A DNA stretch of 59,918 bases, counting the filler, from Sphacelaria rigidula (taxonomy: Eukaryota), in assembly GCA_964200075.2 (NCBI GenBank). It is 6 parts of 6 records of this genome, joined end to end, with 100 filler letters (N's around TTAATTAATTAA, not from the genome) between each part and the next. Parts side by side here need not be neighbours in the genome. Positions count along the whole stretch, not along the records: positions 20,009 to 29,912 come from CAXNAA020007519.1; positions 30,013 to 39,916 come from CAXNAA020007520.1; 4 more parts are not named here. The stretch is one strand, 5' to 3'. Every line of letters starts with the position of its first letter. Position 1 is the first letter of the stretch. The translations under genes and the position numbers were made by a program. The notes below the pieces were generated by a model. It worked only from the letters and a program-made list of their open reading frames with translations, searched no databases and was not told the DNA's origin. Of this stretch, positions 24,028 to 36,635 are shown in pieces.

Positions 24028-24738
24028 CGAGCGCAATCGCCCTTGTGCTGAAATCTAAGGGCCTCGACGCAGTAGAAGCTACACGAGGAGGGCGTCGAGC
24101 CCTGCTGAATTGACACAACCGTAGCCGCTTGAAAGACCACCACAATGCACAATGCAAAGCCTGCAGGCCTCATCAATGGAGTAGAGACAAGAAGAGGTCG
24201 GATGTGTATGCACACCCTCTTGCTCTTCGTGGGGCTCTGTACTCACACGTAACGGGTATGTCACGATTCGGCGCACAGACAGACAACACACCAGCGTCAC
24301 GTTTTTTACCACCCCTATGCGCAAGGGGGTGGTGGGGTCAACGGGGACGACGAAGCAATTGATTGAAAATCCTACGATATTCACCCGTAGAAGTATATAT
24401 GCAGCTAGATTCTCGACGGATATTGGCTCACCGATACCTCCCACAGCGCACAACCTAGTGGTTAACAAGAGAAACTTTTCAAACAGTCATGTCTGGAAAA
24501 TGACATTTATTCAAGAGTTGTGATGCATCATGAATCGGACAAGGAGGAATAGTGGGAGGAGACAGCAGAGGGACGCTGGTTCTACTTCACGCTGAAGATT
24601 CCTCCTCCCAGGCATCTATACCTTGGAACTTAGAGGAGAAACTTTTTTCACGAGAAACGGAGGCTGGAAACCAGTATCGTTTTGAAAGGGAAGCGAAGTG
24701 AGGTGTGTGACATCCCGAGAAACCCCTCGAAAAACGAC

Positions 24739-25443
24739 ATGATCTTTCGCCGGATACGCACGACGACGACGACGACCATCTTCAGCCTCATGTGCGTGGC
24801 AGGCACAACCTTGGCGATCCCAGTCACGCAAGCGTTTCCTGCTCGTTCGCAGACAACGCTCTTTGTGTCTGTGATGGTGGAGAAGATGATGCAATCTCGT
24901 AAAAACTGCGATGGATCGACGTTGAAGTCTTGCTGCGGCTCAACACCAAAGCCGTCGCCCTCGAAAAGGCAAGGATCGTTCCGAAACGAGCGACCTCGAG
25001 GGATGTGGACGGATCCATATTCGTATCCTTTTCACAAGTCTCCGCCAGTATTGTCGATGTCAACGGGATTATTACCAGCACGAAAAACAGCCACGCTCCT
25101 TGGAAGTAGCACTGGCGGTGGTGATGATACCTCGCCGGATACGGGCGATAGCCAAGCCGAAGTATTTGCGGCCGACGAAACGGAGGGCACTGGGAAAAGG
25201 GATACGGCCGGGGAGATGGCCGGGGAGTTTGAGGAAGAAGGGCGCTGGAACGTTCAGCCCGTGATAGACCTGCCAGTGGACGGGGTGCTGCTGCAGTTGT
25301 TCCCTACGGTGTTGATTGGGGTGTTGGGGATAGTCTTGACGTTGTTGGTCAGCAACGAGGCAGCCCGGTTCGACGGTGAGGGGGGCGGAGGAGGGAATGG
25401 GGTCGTTGTTGTCAAGGACCTTCGGGAGCGGGCCACGCAATGA
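24739..25443 (+). CDS. Single-exon hypothetical protein (234 aa), likely plastid-targeted, with a C-terminal transmembrane helix
   Basis: Uninterrupted ORF; signal-peptide-like hydrophobic stretch ending TQA-F (ASAF-like), Ser/Thr/Lys-rich transit-like region, acidic linker, then TM LLQLFPTVLIGVLGIVLTLLV. Confidence 0.75.
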   Translation: MIFRRIRTTTTTTIFSLMCVAGTTLAIPVTQAFPARSQTTLFVSVMVEKMMQSRKNCDGSTLKSCCGSTPKPSPSKRQGSFRNERPRGMWTDPYSYPFHKSPPVLSMSTGLLPARKTATLLGSSTGGGDDTSPDTGDSQAEVFAADETEGTGKRDTAGEMAGEFEEEGRWNVQPVIDLPVDGVLLQLFPTVLIGVLGIVLTLLVSNEAARFDGEGGGGGNGVVVVKDLRERATQ

Positions 25444-25589
25444 GGTGTATATAGCGGTATAGCCGACGTCGTGGAAGGGAATGTGCACGAATGACGGATC
25501 AAGTGCACCATGTGCGTTGGTGTTGCTTTCTCAGTCTGCTGCCTTCAATAGTTACCGGCAGTAAGCTGCGGTTGAGAGCGTGTCCTATA

Positions 25590-26804
25590 GGGCGTTTCCT
25601 AGCACATTAGTTTTCGATCGAAATTGTGCGGTGGAAAACAAAATCCCGATGTGATGGATCGTAAATTCAACCATCGTCGTTAATTTTGCAGATGATTCAA
25701 ATCACGACCTAACAGACCGGGATTTTTATTTTCCACCGCACTTCTTCTGATCGAAAGATGATATGCTAAGGCCGTGCCTTAGCACAGGCCGCGTCTCAGC
25801 ACATCAGTTTTTTATCGTAATTGTGCGGTGGAAAACAAAAATCCCGATATGATAGGTCGTATTTTCAACCATCGTCGTTAATTTTGAAGATGCTTGAAAT
25901 CATGACCATCAGGTCGGGGTTTTTGTTTTCCACCGCACTTTTTCGATCGAAAAATAATCTGCTGAGGCACGGCCTAAGACATTGCCTCAGCGTTTTTTTG
26001 TCGATAAAAAAAATGGGGCGGTGGAATCGATTTCAGCCAAATTTTCTCGTTTTGATGCAGTTGGGTTCAGATGGATTTTCAAGCTTTCGATCGAAAAAAA
26101 AAGGGAAATTCGTGAAACGGTACATGGTCACTCGTATACAGTACAGACAGTCTGTACTGTCTGCGCTGCTTGCAAGCAGGGTGTCTTAAGTGCGCGTGTA
26201 CGTGTTTTGTGCAGGAGGATATAGAGGAGAAGCGGGCAACGTGCAGTGCAGACAGCCCAGGACTATCGATCCTCTCTGCTTACAATCCGACGTGAAAAGG
26301 ACTTTAGCAACGTGCAGCTTTGTACTGCCTGCACTGTCCATGAGCGTGCACGCAACTCGGTTGCCCACCGTACCACGCAGTTCCGTCGCTGATCCCTACC
26401 ATGAGAGAAGATTCGCAAGTTATCGCCAAGAAAATATCAATAGATCACACCCGACTACTGCAGGGTATCCATCCCTGTGGAGCTCAACTCGTGCTCTATG
26501 CTGCAGGGTTGCGGTGGTAGCAGCGAATGAGTTGGATAGAGTTTGCATGGTCGTGTAAACAGATGTTATTTGGCGTGGTGGTCTGTAAGATAGGAGTCAA
26601 GTGCCGCTTCGTGCCTTTCGACCGCGTGTTTTCGATCGAAAACGATTGTTGTTCACCTCGAGTAATTCTTCTCCGCGCGCCACTAATTATAATTTTGAGT
26701 TAAAGCCTTCTAGGAGGTACATAAATGCGGTGGACCTATCAGATCGGCAAAAACAAATCGACCGCACTTTTTCGATAAATAAAAAAAAGTGCTGAGACAC
26801 GCCC
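25590..26804. mobile_element. Cluster of three related PIF/Harbinger-like MITEs (25590-25771, 25787-25974, 25978-26804)
   Basis: Long palindromic arms; termini GGSCGYGYCTCAGCA / TGCTGAGRCACGSCC; TAA/TGA trinucleotide flanks. Confidence 0.75.
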
Positions 26805-28364
26805 TGAATGCAATTTCGAGGGATCAGTAGAATCCGCACAGAGTCGTCGTTACTATCTCTTTTTTTTTGCCTTTTTTTTTTTCTGCCGATCGTTATCCTC
26901 CTGTGAGGGAACATAGGTTTGGGAGGCACGATGAAGTGTAATGCTTCCGAGTGTGTTTGCGTTGCACATCACGCCGTGAGTGAGTATTGGGCGAGGTTTC
27001 CTTTCTCCTTCAGGGAAAGAAAGACCATCACGCGGTGGGTGCAGCACTCCCGCTCGCTCGCTAACGTTGCAACAGATGTTTTGAAGGGCGCTCTCTTCCT
27101 TCCGATCGATGGTGAATTTGCCGCGTCCATACTTGCTTCCTTCATGGTTTGGAGAGGAAACGTCATCATGCAGTCTGAAAATTAAACCATCGATCTAACC
27201 GGTGGTGGGTGTATATCGAATCCACCAAACAGATCATAGTGCGCACTTTGGTGATGAGCACACCTTGGGCTCACTTCTAAGTTTGCCGGACAGGTTTTTG
27301 GATTGTTCAATAATTGTGTCATCCTTCATTGACCCAATTTGTGAGGAGAGGCTACCGCCTCAAATACAAAAAATACATCAAGGAAGGAGTTGACCTTCAC
27401 TATGGACTGCAACCACAAAGACACCTTATTCATCGTTCGGAGTCGGAAACTTCTCAGTTGCTATTACAAGAAAAATGTTTGCCCCCTTTTTTTGCTTTTT
27501 CCACCGTCACTTCAACGTATTGAGTTTGACGGGTTTCCGTTTCGTTTCGTACAGCGCCTCGAAGTTTCAAGTGGAGCGCAAACAGAGTGCAAACAACAGC
27601 ATTCTCCGTCTCTGGTGCTGCGTCGAGTTTGCGGGCCGTGAATATATCCAAGAAGGCTGCTGTAGGTTTGAAAATAGGGGGAGGCTGATCAGAAAATGGT
27701 ATATGTTGTCGTATACCGTCGACCACAACTCTTGTATGGTACAAGGAAGGCTTCGATGTGCTCGGTTTCCCATTCTTTCAGTTATGTACGTGTACTTCTT
27801 CCGCATGATTCAGTGGAACAGCCTCGAGTGAAAACACCACCCACCCTGGACAATGACAGTAGACTACATTGTCAAAAGAGTATTTCGTACAGTACTGTAT
27901 CGACAATTGCGTCTATGGCGACAGACGATATATCCCATACTTTACGCAGTACACTTTTGACTGTAACGAAGTGTTCTTGTCAAGAGTGTGGAAATCACAA
28001 CGGCCATGATTGGCTCACTGTTGTAGAGGGAGAAGCAGCAAAAAGACCCAGCGTTTTGTCACCGATATTATTGTCACCTTCAGAAGCGTCATCAGTATGC
28101 AGTATTTGTGTTACCTTCACACCGGTGCGTGACGGAAGGAAATCAAACAAGAGGGTAACGGGAAAACGCAGAAACTTCAGTGGGTGACACCCCCCCCCCA
28201 CCCCCCCTCCGGCAAATTTCATGCGCTTGCCCCTCTGCAAATATCGCTGCCTGTATGTGCCAACCCGTGGACTCCGTTCTCCGATACCACTCCGTCCCAC
28301 TCCGTCATACCGCAATTTGTCTTTCTGACCCTCTCGAAGAAAACCCCAGTTGCATCTGGTCTCT

Positions 28365-28600
28365 GAACAATGCTACGGTAGGGGTGCACGTTTTGCGCGA
28401 AACATTGTCTGGTTCAGGGGCTCCTGGCTCAGGGCATTCCCGTTCGCAAATTCATTCGGGGTATCCCTAGCACATTGAAGATAATAATCCTGGCGTACTC
28501 TCTCATATTTTCATCAGTCGTGTTTTGGATGAGATAGAGGGCTCCTAACGATTCTTACCCCAGAAAATATTTCTGCACCCCTACCACCGTAGCATCACTC
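28365..28600. mobile_element. Sola-like MITE, copy 1
   Basis: TIR GARCAATGCTACGGTAGGGGTGCA / TACCGTAGCATCACTC; flanks CTCT/CTCC. Confidence 0.8.
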
Positions 28601-29006
28601 CTCCGCAAATTGATGATTAGAAATCATACGTCGCTTCTTGCATCTCCTCAGTCGAGAATTCCGCAGCCCGTTGCGCTGTGCGTGTCAAGCTCATAACCCA
28701 TGGAGAAGAGGGCATGCACCATGCTGTCACCACCCTGAGGAGAAACATTTTGTAGCACCCACTCGCTGTAGTAAAGACTACCAAAATGCGTGTACTGCGC
28801 TCGTCCGCTGACCCAACTGCGAAGGTTAAACGTATGTGCGGGGCGATTCGCAACTCGCGACACTAATCGATGGCTTCATCGGTGAGATCGCGCGGATTTT
28901 TCAGCTTCATGTGGACGTGATCAGAAAACAGGGTGCGTTCGTCCCATATGCTCCACGGAGCTAACATGATAGCAAACCCATAATCCACAACGTAGGCACT
29001 GCTGCG

Positions 29007-29263
29007 GAGCAATGCTACGGTAGGGGTGCACTTTTTGCACGAAATCTTGTCTGGTTCAGAGGCTCCCAACGGTTCTAGATGCACAAGAATATAGGTCAGG
29101 GCATCCCCGTTTGCAAATTCAGTCGGGGTGTCCCTAGCACATTGGAATAGTAGTCCTGGCGTACTCTCGCATATTTTCATAAGTCGTGTTTTGGATGAGA
29201 TCAAGGACTCCTAACAATTCTAACCTCAGGAAATATTTGTGCACTCCTACCGTAGCATCACTC
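29007..29263. mobile_element. Sola-like MITE, copy 2
   Basis: GAGCAATGCTACGGTAGG...CCTACCGTAGCATCACTC with a perfect 4-bp TSD, TGCG; collinear with 28365-28600. Confidence 0.88.
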
Positions 29264-29864
29264 TGCGTGGATAGCAGACCGGGTAGACGCAGTACAACCA
29301 TTGCAGCACATGTCGAACGGATCTTGGTCATGCGGCCGCTTCTCATGATACGAAAAAAATACGTCTATCTGGAAAATGACCTTTTTGGCTCCTTTGCCAT
29401 CTTTTTGGTCCACGTCGTTTCTCGCCCAAGGAGCGAGGGATCTAGGCAGATCTTACGAGCTCGGAATTATTTGATCGACTTCCTGGAGACAATTCTGGCG
29501 CATTTTTTGCGTTTCCACGCAGTGTGACATTCGAGTGGATTGCAGATTTCCCGCGCTGGTCTAAAAAAAAATGAAAAAAAGCGCGGGGAAACGTACTCCA
29601 AAAACTCGTTGTGTTGCTGAACTTGACTGTTCATCCAAGAAATTGCTAGTCTGACTATACGGCAGAGTGTGCATCGATACCCCCAACCAAGCGTGTGAGG
29701 ACCGAAAACTTCTACAGAACCTGGTGGCGTTGATTCTTCGGCGCGCGAACGAAGCAACCGCCGGAAAATTGGAAGGTGCCCTGGGAGCATCTCAAGGAGT
29801 ATAGCGAGGCATTCCGAGGTGGTCAAATCTTTCCAGTAACTATGCCACGGTAGCCCCCAGGAAC

Positions 29865-29912
29865 AACAGTGTTTTCGTGAGATTGAGAGTAGATGATACG
29901 ATTGAGAGTGAG
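29865..29912 (+). mobile_element. Terminus of an AAC-family MITE, truncated by the contig end
   Basis: AACAGTGTTTTCGTGAGATTGAGAGTAGATGATACGATTGAGAGTG, identical to 59853-59898. Confidence 0.85.
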
Positions 29913-30012
29913 NNNNNNNNNNNNNNNNNNNNNNNNNNNNNNNNNNNNNNNNNNNNTTAATTAATTAANNNNNNNNNNNNNNNNNNNNNNNNNNNNNNNN
30001 NNNNNNNNNNNN
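29913..30012. other. Artificial contig spacer
   Basis: N44-TTAATTAATTAA-N44. Confidence 0.99.
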
Positions 30013-30080
30013 GACTCGAACCCCCCAACTCAACCATCAGAAGGTTACGAGGTTACCACCTGAGCCAGCGGGGCGACCGG
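30013..30080 (-). mobile_element. SINE tRNA-like head, truncated by the contig edge
   Basis: Minus strand GCCGGTCGCCCCGCTGGCTCAGGTGG...GGTTCGAGTC with A- and B-boxes. Confidence 0.85.
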
Positions 30081-33000
30081 CTCCATTGGGTCCGGGATGC
30101 TTTTCGATCCTCAGACAGCTGGGTTCTTCATGATCGGGTTCTGGGATACCTTCGGATCCGCCGACACCTGGGTAGGACAATGTCCTCGTATAAGTAACAA
30201 AGCGGTGGATATTATGTTTTCATCTTGTGAGCATTGTGCTCTTCGGTGAAACATCGTCGAAATGACCCTTGCTTCTCGTCAGCAATCATCCCCATTGCTG
30301 AAAGGGTATCTTCGTTGGGAAGTTGTATCCTCTCCACCGCTGACATGTCAGATGTTATTCCGTTCATGTCTGCATTGTTCCAACATCGTTCTATGTGTAC
30401 TTTCTCACTGGTCTCCGGATTGTAACATATAGGCTACTGTTCAACCCTTGAGCGTGTTGCTAGGACGCTGAATCAGTCTGTTGAACAGTCACGTCCGTTT
30501 CCGTTCCCTGGTGTTTTCGGGTTGCGGGTTTGGTCATGAGTCTTCTGCCAGCCCATTATTATGTCGGTACGTATCAATGAGGTGTTTACACCGTGGTACT
30601 TCATCGGCTCCAACCTGGTCCTGGAGCGCGGTCTACCACTTTTCCCACAACATAGCGCTCTATTTTAGGTGACGTTTCGTCTGAGTGGTCTACCTCTGGT
30701 GAAGGAATACGTTTTCCTAGAAACACGTCGCTCAACTTATCGAACTCCGGTCCTAGCGGAGTCACTCTAGGGTGGTATCTCTTCAAGTGAGCGAGGCGTA
30801 CCGACACCTCTTTGGATTTATCGTTCAATTCGACTCTGAACTATCGGCAATAGTTTCGAGAATATTGTGAAAGGCCCTCTCCGTGGTACTTGGAGTTTCG
30901 GATCTGGACGTTATGAATCTTGGTTGGTAGGGTCTGTAAAGGAGTTATTTTTCACCGGGTTTGAACACTGGGTAAGACTTCAATTTCTTGTTCTCGCTTC
31001 TTGCTCATTCGCCCTTTCTTATAGAGTTTGGCTCGCAAGTCCAAATGCCAACTGTAAGTTCTCCCGTGTTTATTTTGTGAATTCTTCGGGTGTTACCGCC
31101 TGGCTTTCCCCCGGAATGCCTAGGATGATGTCAACTGGCAATCTGGGCTGTCTTCCGAACGTTGAAAAGTACAGTGTATCGTGCACGGTGTTGTGGTATG
31201 ACGTGTTGTACGCTATTTGCACAAACGAGAGCAGGGACGCCCAATTCTTGTTTCCAACTGACATATGCATAGCTAGCATCGCGTGCATAGTAGTGGACTC
31301 GTTCCGACCCTGAATTACCTTGCGGGTGTAACGGTGTCGTGCGAGTTTTATTGAAACTCAACTCTTGTCGCAGTGCGTATATTGGCTCGTCCTCACTTTC
31401 GGCGCCTTGGTAGGAGTGCAGCTTTTCCGTAATGCCAAGTGTGGAAAACACTCCATTAATGAGGGTTTTGACTATCGTCGTAGCCTCTTTGTTCGGGACA
31501 GGAATCAGCAAAGCATACCTAGCGAGGTAGTCCATCACGGAGAGTACATATTTACATGGTACCCCAGCGTTTGACATCGAAGATATTTCATACTCAACCA
31601 GATCTATCGATACTCTTTCGTATGGCCGTTTTACTGGAACGTGTCCCATCAGTCATTTTGGTCGGCTGTGGGTCGTTTTTCGGCGTTGGCATCCTTGACA
31701 TTTAAGGCACCAATCCCTCATGTCGCGGCTCATTGACGGCCACCAATACTTTTGTCGAACTTTTCCATACGTTGGCTTAAATGCCAGTTGGCCTCCCGAC
31801 AGAGCATGATGTGATGTGAGTGTAGCATAAGGCCAACCAAGGACTTTGTAAACAAAAGTTGGTCACGGAATGTAGCTCGTTTTTTCATGTGTCCAGACAG
31901 GTACGATTTGAATAGCACTCCGTCTCGTGCTGGAAAGTATGACATGGATGTGATCGACTCTTCCTCTGGTATTGGAGCCATCTCTTCGCTGATATCATGA
32001 ATGTGAGGTCCGTCCTCGAGTGCTCGCTCTTTTTGCAATTTTTGACGGTCGACTGACATGAAAACGTTTGTGGCATGCTGATTTCACGGTGAAGAGCTCA
32101 CTGTCACTTTGCACCGGTTGTAGATTGTCAAGCTTATCAGCTGATATTTGAAACTGGTGTTGCAGTTCGGCTGTTTGCAACGCGGGGTCATCTGGCACAT
32201 TACGACATATTGGTATCAGCAACGGTTGTATTTCAGCCTCTTGCTGTTGCTCAAAAATGAATGGTCGAGAGAGTGTGTCCGTAATAACATGAAGTTTCCC
32301 CGGTTTGTGTCTGACCGTGAAATCGTGTGGTTGTAAAGCGATCGCCCAACGAGCCAACATGTTGGTCGTATTATGAATTGCGTAGGGATGTCGAAGAACG
32401 GCATGATCAGGTACACATGTAAAGTTACGGCCCCGAAAAAAAAGTCTGAAATGCTTTATGGGTAGTACGACAGCATAACATTATTTCATGGTTGGTGAGT
32501 AGCGAGATCGGGCGTCGTTGAGACGTTGACTAAAGTATGCTACGATTACGTCGTCGTCGCGTTTCTTCCGCGACAAGAATGCTCCTGCCCCTTTGTCCGA
32601 CGTGTCGACGTTTATCGTCAAGTCTTTGGTGAAATCTGGAAAATGAAGGACGGGTGCGTCGGCCATCATTTGTTTAGATTTTTCTAAGGCTTCGTCACGT
32701 TCGGTATATGAGCGCTTTGGCACTTGTTTCGCCGCTTCTTTTTTCGTGAGGTCTACAAACGGTGCTATGACTGTAGCTAGGTGTGGTAAATATTTCCGCA
32801 CAAAGTTCATTGTGCCGAATACTGATGGTAACTCTTGAGTGTTTGTGGGTTTCGGAAAGTCGGGAATGGCTCTTACTATTTCGTCACCTATCCTGATGCC
32901 ATCTGCAGACAGTACATGACCGAAGTACTTGACCTGTACGGGACCGAATTGGATTTTGGACGGTTTGAGCGTGAGACCTGCTGTTTGAAATGCTCTGAAT

Positions 33001-33359
33001 GTCCTTTCTAGCGGGGTGATATGACTCTCCCAGTTGGATGAACAACAAATTATATCGTCCATGTAAACTAGTCAACCACTTTTGGGTCCAAAGTGTGCAA
33101 AAGCTGGTGCCATTATGCGCGAAAAATTAAGTGTGGGCATGCTAGACCAAACGGTTAGCGGTCAAACACCCGTTTATACCGTTGTGTGACGAAAGTTATT
33201 TCTTCTTTTTCGCATTCCGCCACCGGTTTCTGGTAAATGCGCTCTGTTTACCACAAACAGCTATAAAAATCGCTCCTGCTATCGTGTCAACATGACTATC
33301 CATAGCTGGCATGGGCCATGCCCGCCAAATCAAGTTTCATTTATAGATTGCTCTGTGTC

Positions 33360-35324
33360 CAGGGCGCTTCCAATTTCAATTTATTCCGGTGTTTGCGACG
33401 TTGCCGTCTCGGATTTCGGCGGTGAAACTGGAGTGGTCTCGGCTGGGTCCTTCTACTCTAAAAGAAGGTCTGCCCGTAACCTACATAGTATTTATACGTG
33501 GTATCTATTTCCTTCCGGTAGGTAGTGGAGGGACTGGTGGACTCGTTACAGTACCAAAACGCCCAGGTATTATCATGTGAATGCGTTGTCTTGTGTCTCA
33601 TTCGAATTACGTGTTTCACGCTAATAATTAAAACTGCCTGTACTGCAGTATGGTTGCATCCTTGCATTCCTTCACAAAAACTACGCTTCCCGCGCCTCGT
33701 ACGGTATACAGTTCACAGTTCACGATAACCAGAGCATGTTGGTTGCGTTTATATAATGAATATCTGTTTTTGAACTGGTACGGTATACTATTTGGTACAG
33801 CACGCAGCATCGGCAGTACTAGATACAAAAAAACTGGTTCACCACACCTTCAAGTGCAACAACGATGGACTCGCTGGTATCCCTTCTGCGTGCTCTCGAA
33901 TAAATCGTGATGAAACATGAGGAGCAATACCGTGACGGGCTGCAACAGGGGAGTACAACGCTGTAGTGCACAAGCGCGCTGGTACGATGTCGGCAACATG
34001 GAAAATCGCGCACGCGCTACGAGTAGCGCGCATGCTGCTCGAGAATAACGCGTTTACGCGTTTAATTTTATTCAGTGTGTTTAATTTTATTCAATGCAGA
34101 GGTTAGTTACCCTACGGGTGTGAAGCCAACCCTGCGTACCGACCACAGCGTGACGCGTTCGGCGGTGCTACCTGCTCACTGCACAGCGGCAGGGTGGATG
34201 GTGACAAAGCACACCGCAGAACGTGACATCCTTAGCCTATCCCTGTCCTGCATTGATTTCGCGTTGTCCTATGCAGTTCGCCACATCATGAATGCGGCCG
34301 CTTGTATCGCGGCCAACGTGTACGCAGGATGTCACGCCTCGCTATGCGCTATATTGCTATGTCACATTTTGTAAACCTGTCAATGTTGCAGCTACAGCGT
34401 GCGTTTGCCCCAGGTGGCGCACACAGGAGTGAAAGGCCGCCTGCGTCGCTGTAATGGCTGCCTGTATCTTGGGCAAAGCTGTATGGTAACACAGCCGCGG
34501 CTGGTGCTCCCACCTATGCCGGAAGGTTGAGACCAGCGTCCAGAATAGATGGGGCAACAAGACACACAACACACTGACTTTGCGAGGTACACTTTCAACA
34601 ACGTGTTCGTACTGACTGTAGAAATCATTTGTCCACGGTTGGGTACATTTCCATATACAACGCAGGGTCTGGCACACCTCGACTTATAATGTAACGGAGG
34701 GCTCGGTACGTTTCCACCTGTACATGTATGTAATGTCACTCCGTGATATCGAGAAAAAAATCCGGAACATCTGGGCGAACTGCAGGTGAGGCAATCGCCG
34801 AAATATTCACCTGCAAACTCTGCTTCAGTGGACTGTAAGTTGATATCGCTAGAAGGACACTACGATAACGACCTTGCGGGCTGCCAGACTGTCACAGACT
34901 GTCAGGACGTAGGAGCCGCTAGCATTGCTACTGTCTATACGGGGGTGCTGCCCCCTTGTCAGGTACGTTGTGGAGCATGATACTAGATGAAGATCATCCT
35001 TTTTTGTACATGGGCACCAAACGCTGGGGGTTCTCACTCAAGACTTCGATTTGGAGGATGATACCAGGTGCAGCGGCAAGTGCTGTGTGCCTAGGTGCCC
35101 CTTGGAGCAAGATGCGTTTGGTGTCTGTTTGACGAAGTTATCCCCCCCAAAACGAAATAAATAGGGGTTTTAGAGAGCAAAAATCTAGCCAAAAAAATAT
35201 CGCAAGAATCGGGTTGCAGAAATTAGGTTGCAGAAATCAGGTCGCAAAAACGGAGTCGCAAAAAACGGTTTGTCGAATTTTTACCCACAGCAGAAACCAA
35301 CTTCACTTCGTGAAATTGGAACTG
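33360..35324. mobile_element. hAT-like non-autonomous element (about 1.97 kb) splitting Gypsy RT
   Basis: Left end CAGGGCGCTTCCAATTTCA, right end TGAAATTGGAA-CTG (short deletion); duplicated host sequence TTGCTCTGT/TTGCTCGGT; RT resumes on both sides. Confidence 0.7.
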
Positions 35325-36233
35325 TTGCTCGGTACCCACGCAAAATCGTGCGGTTCCGTCTGACTTCGCTACTATCGTGACCGCTGATCCCCCAGGGCTG
35401 GGGTGTTGTTCGATTATGCCGTCTTTTTCCATCTGGTCGACGCATTGGTCAATTGCGTCCTGCACTCTGGGGTTTGCTCCATATGGAGCTCGATCCACTG
35501 GTTGCGTGCCAGGTTTGAAGGGAAAACGTGCTGCATCCAACGTACAACAGCCCAACTCTTCCAGAATGAGAGAAACCACGGAACAGTATTTTGCGCAGAG
35601 ATCCAGAATTTGTGAGCATCATTCTGAGGGAAAAGTTGCATTTTCGAAAGCTTTTCGCAATGCTGGACGTAACTCTTCCCTTGCGTTTTTATATTGTGTC
35701 TCTTGTACAGGTGTGATATTGCCCAAAACCACGTTGCGTCTCAGGTTCACATGTCGGTTCGACGGGTCAGCGATTTGTACCATTGCCGCTACATCCGTTA
35801 CAGACCAAGTGCATATCGCCCTTAGTACAACTATGCGTGTGAGGCTTGAGGTACATCAGGCGATCCAATGTCATCCTCGGTTATTATGCGTGGCTCTGCG
35901 ACAGCTGGTGTTGTTGACGGGGAAATTCCCGTTTTAGCCGAGACTGCTATTTCGCTTTGAGGTGGCACATTGCATGCTTTCGTGAGAAAGCCCGGAATGA
36001 GGTCCATGGTATAGTTCACACTAACTACAGAACAATGCGCTGCTTCGGAGTGTGTTTGATCCTTCGAACCATGTCGTTTTCGGTGTAACGCTTTGATTTT
36101 GACAGTGGTCGCGAAATGTCAGTTCTTCTTTCGCTTGCCAGTCTAACATAGCTCCGAAGGCGCTCATAATATGATTCTCTACTAGTCAACGATCCGGGCC
36201 TAGGTTAGGTAGTACAAATGCTTCTATCGTCAG

Positions 36234-36635
36234 TAGAGCTCGAAAATGGTACCAGTTATATCTGGCCATTATCATTATAATGGTAATAATGGTAATGGTT
36301 ACATGAAATTTTTGGATAATGGTTTCAAACCATTATTACCGTTACCGGCTTTAGAAGCCGTTACCGGCTACGTATGCTACATCCAGCCCTTGAACATTGG
36401 CCCAAATTTGATGTATTTCTTAGCTCTGGTGAAGCCAAATCGCGTATAAACGTGCCTCCGGCACGACGCCTCAAGCGGGGGGCCCTCCGCGGGCGCCTCT
36501 GCCGGGGAAGGCTTTTTGGCTCTCGGCTGCGCCGCTCGATGACCAAACCATTATGTACCATTCAACTGGTTAATGAGTGCGCTACGCGTATCCATTCAAC
36601 TGGTTACTGGTTGAGCAAACCATTTCCGAGCTCTA
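36234..36635. mobile_element. hAT-like MITE in the Gypsy protease
   Basis: TIR TAGAGCTCGRAAATGG; 8-bp TSD ATCGTCAG/ATCATCAG; removal restores KTL[M/T]I-EAFVLP. Confidence 0.9.

Noticed and set aside
26880..28190. Possible hAT (BED finger) or MULE transposase relic
   Set aside because: Only scattered Cys/His hints across broken frames; not supportable
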